64,000 bases of DNA, taken from the sequence record DRR723986_5034; one strand, given 5' to 3'. The position numbers were made by a program, and so were the translations under genes. Below, in pieces: positions 43,491 to 50,791 of this stretch; position 1 is the stretch's first letter; each line of letters starts with the position of its first letter. Below the pieces are notes generated by a model. The model was not told the DNA's origin, searched no databases, and saw only the letters and a list, made by a program, of their open reading frames with translations.

Positions 43491-43730
43491 GGTACCTGCC
43501 GATGTATATTCAATGCCACCACGGCCTACTTTCACTGCTGGGTCCGTTGTGCCGCCACCGTCGCCGCCACTACCGCCATCGCCCCCGCTGCCGCCGTCAC
43601 CGCCAGTTCCGGGGTTAGGCGCAACAGTCCCAGGCGACGCCAACTCTGTACTGTCATCACCACATGCAACCAGTGCCACAGAGGCAACTGCTGCCATTAA
43701 GGTATTCTTGAATATCTGAAGGTTTGTCAT
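40839..43730 (-). CDS. Large acidic lipoprotein with two tandem beta-helix-like domains (ElpS-like)
   Basis: Lipobox LVAC and a Gly/Asp linker, then two ~440-aa copies each with WGGLVING, ELNGIAFQGVGSGT, DDGxEFFGGT, DDDSLDWTQGW, DQGIEADN. Synteny with TBDR and gsp matches Caulobacter elpS. Confidence 0.8.
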   Translation of the reverse strand: MTNLQIFKNTLMAAVASVALVACGDDSTELASPGTVAPNPGTGGDGGSGGDGGSGGDGGGTTDPAVKVGRGGIEYTSAGTCPTGTSAVTVGEQTHCSISGTITSDVTLTSDNIYQLSGKVTIGVDTGADGSAAAGDSAVLSIEPGAVIYGATATDVLVISRGSEINAVGSATNPIVFTSALDLDLASELGLSPSSSFSGALLEEPFTSEWGGLVINGAASLNTCNGSGVCEAEGEGDSGLYGGNDDTDSSGTMRYVQVKYAGNPITADDELNGIAFQGVGSGTELDFIQVHNGADDGVEFFGGTAQVKHLVITGADDDSLDWTQGWRGKGQFVVIIQNPAQPASDQGIEADNFGDGNDFLPRAQPELSNLTIVGSQSKGGESDIGILLREGTGANIWNAVVSDFGDACFDIDQDATFANAGSSATNLSGDLTIESTLLGTDCNTVFKDDGNVFDLEAYFTGQANNVVGATTLSNNFINGSAENAVTATDVSAINSFFDSVDFAGAVKSSASADNWTLNWTYGLNPDPECPTGTTANADGTVCTLSGTYTEDLRLVSGLTYQLSGKVVFGVDMGPDASSPLAAGDAATLTIEPGVTVVGEDTTSYLVISRGSKLNSNGTQDAPVTFTAINPDTRDLDVDTSLWGGLVINGRATLNTCNGSGTCEAEGEGDSGLYGGVDDTDDSGQMFYTRVIYAGNPITADDELNGIAFQGVGSGTEIDFLQVHNGADDGIEFFGGTAQAKHLVITGADDDSLDWTQGWRGKVQHLIIVQNPNQPATDQGIEADNFGDGNDFLPRAQPQIANATILGSALAGGESDIGILLREGTGGNLWNIVVADFGDACLDIDQDATFAASGANATTLTGTLTMESTMLSDSCDVVFKDDGNVFDLETWFTNQANNVVATDTLVGLANAASFKTYINGATEAGVTATDVNALDSFFDVTTYVGAVENAANDWTLGWTVWLNQ
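43551..43604 (-). repeat. GGDGGS-type x3 low-complexity linker repeat (18-nt unit)
   Basis: Encodes GGDGGSGGDGGSGGDGGG after the lipidated Cys. Confidence 0.85.
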
Positions 43731-43840
43731 CTTATTCCCCAGCGGTGATAGCCGCCATCACAGTTATGATTTGCTCATTGGATTTTTGAGTTAAAAAATT
43801 CATCAACCGAATCCATGGGCAAGACAAGTAGCGAGAATTT

Positions 43841-43881
43841 GTGACAGTTTCGTTTCGGAAGTTTGACAGTTTTTGTAACAT
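43841..43881 (-). promoter_or_regulatory. Pho box array upstream of the lipoprotein-TBDR-T2SS genes
   Basis: Minus strand ATGTTAC-AAAAA-CTGTCAA-ACTT-CCGAAAC-GAAA-CTGTCAC, then 10 nt and a TACTTG -10-like element. Confidence 0.7.
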
Positions 43882-43960
43882 TTGCCGTAGGGAGCATTAC
43901 GGCGACTATCTGCGTGAAGCACGCCCGAAAATATACCTAAATGCTTTTATTTTTCATGGG

Positions 43961-44530
43961 TTAAAGGGGCAAAAACAGCCATGCAAGCCAGCCGCCCAGG
44001 CACAAAAAGGCACCGAATGGCAGCGGCTGCACCAAACTTGCTTGTGCTTCATTGTTTTGAATAGTCAGATATCTAATCAAGGCAAAAAATAACCCAGACA
44101 GTGAAGCGGCGAACAATAAAGGCGGCAATGCCTGCCACCCGAGCCACAGCCCCAAACCTGCTAGCAACTTTGCGTCACCTAAACCAATGCCGTCATGGCC
44201 GCGCAACCGGCGATAGAAAAAATTCAAAGTCGGAAAAAGCAAAAGACCAACAGCCGCACCGATAATATGATCCAGGATGTTATCGGACTGCAAAGCCCAT
44301 AAAAAAAATGCCCCTGTGATAAAAAGAGTGGCGGTTAACAGATTAGGCAGGCGAAAGAAGCGAATGTCGTATAACGCCAGCACGAATAAATTGAGATAAA
44401 ATATACCCGACACCATCAAGGGTTGATCAGACATAAATCCTAGCCAAGCCGTTGACGCAAACATGGCTAAACCGGCGATATAAAAAGTTGTTACTGCCGT
44501 TATATTGTTACTGTGGTTTATGTTGGTCAA
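43961..44530 (-). CDS. A24-family prepilin peptidase (short, GspO-like)
   Basis: Catalytic Asp motifs YDIRFFRLPN and GIGLGDAKL, plus C-terminal LPFGAFL. No N-terminal Cys-rich domain. Confidence 0.88.
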   Translation of the reverse strand: MTNINHSNNITAVTTFYIAGLAMFASTAWLGFMSDQPLMVSGIFYLNLFVLALYDIRFFRLPNLLTATLFITGAFFLWALQSDNILDHIIGAAVGLLLFPTLNFFYRRLRGHDGIGLGDAKLLAGLGLWLGWQALPPLLFAASLSGLFFALIRYLTIQNNEAQASLVQPLPFGAFLCLGGWLAWLFLPL

Positions 44531-44633
44531 TCAGGTCCACCGCATTCGTTAGAAGGTTTCGCTCACTATAACGAAGAACCAAACACCGCCACAAGATAGC
44601 AATTTAACGACACCGCATTTGGCAAACAGGCAT

Positions 44634-44664
44634 AAAAAAACACGCATAAATGCGTGCTTTTTTT
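44634..44664. terminator. Bidirectional-type intrinsic terminator
   Basis: A7-CACGCA-TAAA-TGCGTG-C-T7. Confidence 0.8.
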
Positions 44665-44699
44665 ATTATTGGTAAACTCGCTTAACGCGGGCGCACCAA

Positions 44700-45107
44700 T
44701 TAATTTGTCGTATTCAAGCGAGCCAAAGCAACTTTTGCGATAGATTTAACCCGACGCGGCTGACCAGAAACTGTTAGCGCATAAGGATTAGGCTTAGCCG
44801 CCAAAATTTCATTATATATGGCAACGGCCATATCGCGGCGACCTGTTGTGCTATATACGAAGGCCAAATTCAATTTAGCGAAAACTTCGTCTTCTTTAGC
44901 AACACCAGAATTTAATAAAGCGGCTTCTGCCTTGCTCCAATCCCCGGTGTTTAATTCGTCAGTCGCATATTTATCCTGATCGATCGTTACACTAGTAAGC
45001 AGAGGCCCCGAAGCCTGCGCGGCACCAATAGTGCCAAATGCTGTCAGCGACAATCCCGCGAGCAAAGTTGTTACAATGGCTTTTTTTACTTTTTTAGGCT
45101 TATTCAT
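44700..45107 (-). CDS. Small secreted TPR-like protein
   Basis: Signal peptide (..AAQA) and a TPR-like helix pair GDWSKAEAAL / AKLNLAFVYSTTGRRDMAVAIY. ATG 45107 follows AAGGTG. Confidence 0.7.
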   Translation of the reverse strand: MNKPKKVKKAIVTTLLAGLSLTAFGTIGAAQASGPLLTSVTIDQDKYATDELNTGDWSKAEAALLNSGVAKEDEVFAKLNLAFVYSTTGRRDMAVAIYNEILAAKPNPYALTVSGQPRRVKSIAKVALARLNTTN

Positions 45108-45402
45108 GATTATCACCTTATGGCAAACCTTCCTATTATCATCATGTTTGTTACAGTTTTGTGTAACATAGAAAGTATTTTCAAATCCACTATAAATTAA
45201 CCATATGATTTTACTAGTTAATATTTTTTTACGTTTGTCATAAAAAAGTTTCTTTTTTTCTTAAGCTTTTAGACATTTTTTGACTGATTCGAAAATCCGG
45301 GTATTAAACTTTTATGACAAGTCTAATTAAGTGCGGACAAGGCCAAATTTGTCGTGTAGCTGATAGCCAAGAACACAAAGTGTGTAACTTTCCGAGGCTT
45401 CG

Positions 45403-46002
45403 ATGCGACTTACTTTTGGTACATTTTCAGGCGTATTCGCTAAGACATTGATGGTTTTTTCCGTCACTGCTCTAGCAATTTCCGCGTCTGCTGCCGCTAA
45501 AACATCAAAAGCACCATCGAAAATACTATCTATTCCGAAAGCACACGCGGAAAATATCTCACCTCTGACTGATACGCGCTCCAGAAACTTTGCTGTTACC
45601 TTTGTTAAACGCACCGGCATTAACAAAAACTTGTCTCTTCTGGTTCTGGAAGACGTGAAAAACCGCCGTCAGATCAGAGATGCCATTTCACTTTATGGCA
45701 TGGATAAAGTTCAATCGACCGTGGTTGAAGCCATTAAGTCTGCGCAGAAAACATATGCGCCGAAGTGGAACCAGTTGATGGCAAAAATCTATAATGAACA
45801 TTTTTCCGAAGCTGAGTTGGCGTCTATCTTGGCGAAACGTGAAGCTTCACCGTATTTTCCTCGTCTGCTTAAATTGCAAGACACCATCGCAAACGCTGTT
45901 CATGCTCGTGGTGACCAAATGGTTGCCAGCGCCCGCGTTGATGTGATGACTGAAGTGGCGGGTATTTTGCCAATAGTTTCTCCGGCTGCTATTGGCCGCT
46001 AG
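45403..46002 (+). CDS. Secreted hypothetical protein, DUF2059-like
   Basis: Signal peptide. MAKIYNEHFSEAELASIL resembles the DUF2059 core. Confidence 0.6.
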   Translation: MRLTFGTFSGVFAKTLMVFSVTALAISASAAAKTSKAPSKILSIPKAHAENISPLTDTRSRNFAVTFVKRTGINKNLSLLVLEDVKNRRQIRDAISLYGMDKVQSTVVEAIKSAQKTYAPKWNQLMAKIYNEHFSEAELASILAKREASPYFPRLLKLQDTIANAVHARGDQMVASARVDVMTEVAGILPIVSPAAIGR

Positions 46003-46117
46003 GCACACGCTCTTTATCCACTTTTCTTCCCATAAATGAAATGCTGACCGCTAATGCTATTGGTCATTGTGATCGGCTGCGCTAGGTTGTCCTTTAAGAA
46101 TAAATGGGAGAATAGCA

Positions 46118-48271
46118 ATGCGCGAAAACTGGATTAAACTTGGGTTGATATCTGCTGGCATTCTGGCCATTTCGTCCTGTAGCGAACCTGCAGGCAACAC
46201 ATATCCCGAACCCGAAGCGTTTGCTATTGTTGATACAAAACGCATTCTCAACACCAGTCCCGGCGCAGAATGGCTTTCCCATAGCGGTGGCTACGACGAA
46301 CAACGCCATTCGCCGCTTACGCAAATTAGCCGCGATAATGTGGCAGACCTAGGCGTTGCCTGGACCTATGATCTAGCCACCAACCGCGGCGTTGAAGCAA
46401 CGCCCATTGTTGTTGATGGTGTGATGTATGTCACTTCTGCTTGGTCGTTGGTGTATGCACTAGATGCCCGCACCGGCAAAGAGCTTTGGGTTTATGACCC
46501 CGCAGTTGATAAAAGTGTCGGCGTTAACGCCTGCTGCGATGTTGTGAACCGCGGTGTCGGTGTCTACGGCGGCAAAATATTCGTCGGTGTTATCGATGGC
46601 AGGCTTGAAGCGTTGGATGCAAAAACCGGCGCTGTAGTCTGGAGCAGGGTCACGGTTGACCAATCCAAACCCTACACCATCACCGGCGCACCGCGTGTGG
46701 TAAATGGCCTTGTCCTTATTGGTAACGGCGGTGCAGAGCTGGGGGTGCGGGGTTACATTTCAGCCTACAGTGCCGAAACAGGCGAGCTGGTTTGGCGCTT
46801 CTACACCGTGCCCAACCCCGAAAAACAGCCAGACGGAGCTGTTTCCGATGCAGCTTTCGAATCCATCGGTAACGTTACATGGGGCGACGACGGCGCGTGG
46901 GTAACCGACGGTGGCGGCGGCACGGTTTGGGATAGCATCATCTACGACCATGTGGGCGACCAAATCATCTTCGGCGTCGGCAATGGCTCGCCGTGGAACC
47001 GCACCATCCGCGACCCCGAGGGCGGCGACAACCTGTTCCTATCCTCTATCGTGGCGGTTGATGCAAAAACCGGTACCTATAAATGGCACTTCCAAACCAC
47101 TCCCGGCGATAACTGGGATTATACCGCGACACAGTCAATCATTTTGGCTGAACTACCGCTCGGTGAAGGGGAAACACCGCGCCGAGTGGTTATGCAAGCG
47201 CCTAAAAACAGTTTCTTTTACGTGCTGGATGCCGCCACGGGTGAATTTATTTCTGGCAAACCCTTTGGGCCACAAAACTGGGCAGAAGGCTTAGACGAAA
47301 ATGGACGACCCATTGAAATTCCCGCTGCACGGTACGGCACAGAATTATATGCACAACTTCCAGGGCCACACGGCGCCCACAATTGGCACCCAATGGCCTT
47401 TGACCCAAACTTGAATTTAGCCTATATCCCTGCGCAGGAAATCCCCGCCACCTATTCATTGGATAAGTTGTGGAAATCCAAGCAAGTCAAATGGAACACT
47501 GGCTCCAATTTTGCGGGCGGCGTAATCGTTGACCTACCCACTGGTTTCATGCAGGCCGCAAGAGCCACGCTAAAAGGCCGGTTGATTGCCTGGGACCCAA
47601 TCAGCCAAGAAGCTCGATGGAGCGTTGAGCATGATAACGCCTGGAACGGCGGCGTGCTGTCAACCGCTAGCGGTCTGGTATTTCAAGGTAAACTTGCCGG
47701 TGACTTTGTTGCCTACAATGCCGCAACAGGTGACAAGCTGTGGAGTCAAAACCTAAAATCCGGCGCAGCATCAGGGCCTGCCACATTTGAAATTGACGGC
47801 GAGCAATATGTTACCATCACCACCGGCTGGGGAACGTTGTATGCTCTTACTGTTGGTTATGGCTTTGACACGCCTGTCTCGCCAAAAATTGGCAAGGTTG
47901 TTACCTTTAAACTTGGTGGCAACGGCACAATTGCCGATGTTCCCCTTCCCGAAATCGAGCGAACAGTGAAAGCTGATCTTTTTGGTACGTCAGAACAAAA
48001 ACAAACAGGAATGTTACATTATGCCCGCAACTGCGCCGTTTGCCATGGACCCCTTGGTATAAGCAGCGGTGTGCTGCCTGACCTGCGCTGGTCGGACTAT
48101 AGCGGCGACGCCGAGGCATGGCAGGCTGTTGTCGCCGACGGCGTGCTGGCCGACCAAGGCATGGTTTCTTTCAGTGAATTGCTAACGACGGAAGAGATTG
48201 AAGCCATCCGCGCTTATGTCATTACGCAGGGCCATAACAGCCTTGCCGAAGAAGCAGCTACTGACAATTGA
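46118..48271 (+). CDS. PQQ-dependent quinohaemoprotein alcohol dehydrogenase (type II, C-terminal cytochrome c)
   Basis: Probable lipobox (ISSC), vicinal CCDVVNRG, GNGGAE, GNGSPW, DNWDYTA, HNWHPM, haem motif CAVCH. Confidence 0.92.
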   Translation: MRENWIKLGLISAGILAISSCSEPAGNTYPEPEAFAIVDTKRILNTSPGAEWLSHSGGYDEQRHSPLTQISRDNVADLGVAWTYDLATNRGVEATPIVVDGVMYVTSAWSLVYALDARTGKELWVYDPAVDKSVGVNACCDVVNRGVGVYGGKIFVGVIDGRLEALDAKTGAVVWSRVTVDQSKPYTITGAPRVVNGLVLIGNGGAELGVRGYISAYSAETGELVWRFYTVPNPEKQPDGAVSDAAFESIGNVTWGDDGAWVTDGGGGTVWDSIIYDHVGDQIIFGVGNGSPWNRTIRDPEGGDNLFLSSIVAVDAKTGTYKWHFQTTPGDNWDYTATQSIILAELPLGEGETPRRVVMQAPKNSFFYVLDAATGEFISGKPFGPQNWAEGLDENGRPIEIPAARYGTELYAQLPGPHGAHNWHPMAFDPNLNLAYIPAQEIPATYSLDKLWKSKQVKWNTGSNFAGGVIVDLPTGFMQAARATLKGRLIAWDPISQEARWSVEHDNAWNGGVLSTASGLVFQGKLAGDFVAYNAATGDKLWSQNLKSGAASGPATFEIDGEQYVTITTGWGTLYALTVGYGFDTPVSPKIGKVVTFKLGGNGTIADVPLPEIERTVKADLFGTSEQKQTGMLHYARNCAVCHGPLGISSGVLPDLRWSDYSGDAEAWQAVVADGVLADQGMVSFSELLTTEEIEAIRAYVITQGHNSLAEEAATDN

Positions 48272-48274
48272 TCG

Positions 48275-49654
48275 TTAAATAAGCAGGCTTCCTGCAATCA
48301 GGAAAATTGGAAACAAAATAATCGTTCTAAGAGCAAATATTTTCAGCAGGTCGAGAAAATTAAGAGGAAGCTTTGACCGCAGGATAAGCACGCCCACCTC
48401 AGACATATAAATAAGCTGGGAAACCGACAGGCCTGCCAGGATGAAGCGCATGCGTTCGTCTTCAACACCCGAGGCAACAACAGCGGGGGTGAATTGTTCA
48501 AGAAAACCAACCAACAACCCGGGCGCCACAAGACGGGCTTCTGGCAGCGCCATCGAATCCAAAAGCTGGTAAATTGGCCATGCAAGTATATCAAATACGC
48601 TTGTATGGAAGGCTAAAATGCTGGTGATGGTTGCGATGGCGAGTGAAGGCCCAATAACCTTTGCCAGCGTGGATAGTGCAGCACTGGCACCACCTATGAA
48701 CAATTTGGGGAGGGTCGGCGCGCTGGCAGCACGCTCTACAGCTTGCCTTACGGCCCAAGAAAATAGCGAAACATCACCTTCACGTTCCTCATGAATTTGC
48801 TTTCCAACAGGTGCATAATAGGTGTCGGAAATTGCCTTGAGCGGCTTAAGTCGCACCATGATGACCGCGCAGATAAGGCAGGCACCAATCACCGTCAGGT
48901 ACCATGTGAAAAACATGTGGTCCAGTTTAGCGGTGGCCGCAATCAACAAGCTGAACGGCAGAGATACGATGGAAAAATTTGTCGCCACCGAGGCGGCTTC
49001 ACGGGCAGTGTAGCGACCATCTTCATATTGCTTGAGCGTAATAAGCAAGCCCACCGACGCCGCAGCCACAAGCGAGGAAGTGGCATCAATGGCAGCACGC
49101 CCGGGCAAGGTGAACAATAGCTCAAATGGCTTACGAAGCAGTGTACCAGTAAACTCCAGAAAACCGAAATCTGTCAAAAAAGGCAGGAACAAACAGGCGA
49201 TCAAAACGGTGAAAAACAAGCCCGGCCCAATGTCGGCGAACACAGTGCCGCCGGTATCCGCCGCAAACACAACCGCAGGGCCAATTTCAAAATAAACCAT
49301 GAGGCCAATAGCCGCGCCGAGCAGCCGCATTAAAAACCAGCCAGGTGTTGTTTCAAACATGGCGAACAACAGTGGGTGACCAGCCTCCCATGCAGGTTTG
49401 CGCGCCAAATAATAACCCGCCCCAATAACGGTCATGCACACAAACCCAACCAGAATTTCAAGGAGGAAACTGTTAAATGGTGCGCGAACAAAATCCATGA
49501 TCACGCCCATAATGATAGTGCTTCTTCCGTCTACGGTAACGGGGGTCAGAAAAATCAAAATGCCCACAAGCGACGGCAAAATAAACTTTAACAAACCCGA
49601 CACACCAATAGGCTGGGCAGAGTTTGTTATTTTTTGAGTGTGGTTGTCGCTCAT
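48275..49654 (-). CDS. YjiH-family (nucleoside recognition/Gate domain) membrane transporter
   Basis: Multi-TM. PFLTDFGFLEF, LPGRAAID, YTAREA..ATNFS, SQLIYMSEVG. Start moved to ATG 49654. Confidence 0.85.
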   Translation of the reverse strand: MSDNHTQKITNSAQPIGVSGLLKFILPSLVGILIFLTPVTVDGRSTIIMGVIMDFVRAPFNSFLLEILVGFVCMTVIGAGYYLARKPAWEAGHPLLFAMFETTPGWFLMRLLGAAIGLMVYFEIGPAVVFAADTGGTVFADIGPGLFFTVLIACLFLPFLTDFGFLEFTGTLLRKPFELLFTLPGRAAIDATSSLVAAASVGLLITLKQYEDGRYTAREAASVATNFSIVSLPFSLLIAATAKLDHMFFTWYLTVIGACLICAVIMVRLKPLKAISDTYYAPVGKQIHEEREGDVSLFSWAVRQAVERAASAPTLPKLFIGGASAALSTLAKVIGPSLAIATITSILAFHTSVFDILAWPIYQLLDSMALPEARLVAPGLLVGFLEQFTPAVVASGVEDERMRFILAGLSVSQLIYMSEVGVLILRSKLPLNFLDLLKIFALRTIILFPIFLIAGSLLI

Positions 49655-49753
49655 AATACCCTTGCAAAAAATGGCGGTGCATAACGCTAGCAGTGAGAGC
49701 TGGCTATAACAAGCCGAGCCAATAATCCGTATGATGAACAACGTTTCAATTGT

Positions 49754-49798
49754 TGTTTTACGATAATTATTACTATTGACTTTCTGTTTTACGATAAT
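49754..49798. promoter_or_regulatory. Exact 14-bp direct repeat bracketing a TTGACT -35 element
   Basis: TGTTTTACGATAAT at 49754 and 49785 (31-bp offset), with TTGACT at 49776. Confidence 0.65.
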
Positions 49799-49877
49799 AA
49801 GTATAAACGATCAAAAATTTAAACTGCCGAAAACAGGCAGTCACCAATAAACGGACAAAAGCGAGGGGACTACCATC

Positions 49878-50780
49878 ATGCTATCCATCAATAACCTGAC
49901 ACACACCTATCCCAACGGCGTACAGGCGCTGCAAAACGTAACACTGGATATTCCGAAGGGCATGTTTGGCCTGCTGGGGCCAAACGGTGCTGGCAAATCA
50001 TCCTTAATGCGCACCATCGCTACCCTACAACAACCGACATCTGGCACTATTCAGTTTGGCGACATTGATGTTTTGCAAGACCCGGACAGCATTCGCCGAA
50101 CCCTTGGGTACTTGCCGCAAGACTTCGGTGTTTACCCGCGTGGTTCAGCCTATGACCTTTTAGACCATCTGGCCGTGCTCAAAGGCATTACCAATAGCAA
50201 AGAGCGCAAGCAGGTTGTTGAAGGGCTGCTGGTACAAACCAACTTGTTTGAAGCCCGAAAGAAAAAACTGTCCACTTATTCAGGTGGTATGCGCCAACGG
50301 TTTGGTATTGCACAGGCCCTGATTGGCAACCCGCAGCTAATTATCGTTGATGAGCCTACAGCCGGGCTAGACCCTGAAGAGCGCAACCGCTTTCATAACC
50401 TGCTGGCGGAAATCGGTGAAGACGTGGTGGTTATTCTATCAACCCACATTGTAGACGATGTAGCCGACCTGTGCCCCAATATGGCAATTTTAGCGGGCGG
50501 CCAAATTATCAGCAAAGGAACCCCTGCCGAGCTTACAAAAGCAATCGATGGCGCCATCTGGAAAAAAATCATCGATAAAGCTGACCTGGATACATACAAG
50601 AAATCGCACAACGTCATTTCATCGCATTTGTCTGTCGGCAAAACGGTTATTTATGTCAATGCCCCCAGCAACCCTGGCGAAGGTTTTGAGGCGTCAACGC
50701 CCAGCCTTGAAGATGTATATTTCTCGGCCATCGCCGAAAGTCGTAAAGCGGTAAATACCGCTTCTGCGACAGCAGCATAA
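49878..50780 (+). CDS. ABC exporter ATP-binding protein
   Basis: GPNGAGKS, YSGGMRQR, IIVDEPTAGLD, STH. Confidence 0.95.
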   Translation: MLSINNLTHTYPNGVQALQNVTLDIPKGMFGLLGPNGAGKSSLMRTIATLQQPTSGTIQFGDIDVLQDPDSIRRTLGYLPQDFGVYPRGSAYDLLDHLAVLKGITNSKERKQVVEGLLVQTNLFEARKKKLSTYSGGMRQRFGIAQALIGNPQLIIVDEPTAGLDPEERNRFHNLLAEIGEDVVVILSTHIVDDVADLCPNMAILAGGQIISKGTPAELTKAIDGAIWKKIIDKADLDTYKKSHNVISSHLSVGKTVIYVNAPSNPGEGFEASTPSLEDVYFSAIAESRKAVNTASATAA

Positions 50781-50791
50781 GGAGCCGTATC

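Noticed and set aside
40990-43719. Many overlapping antisense ORFs over the lipoprotein (and over pyd, gsp and arg genes)
   Set aside because: Shadow ORFs caused by codon bias of the real genes, with no recognisable motifs.
47100-47135. Lanthanide-dependent (XoxF/PedH-type) dehydrogenase
   Set aside because: Motif is D-Y-T, lacking the extra Asp ligand.
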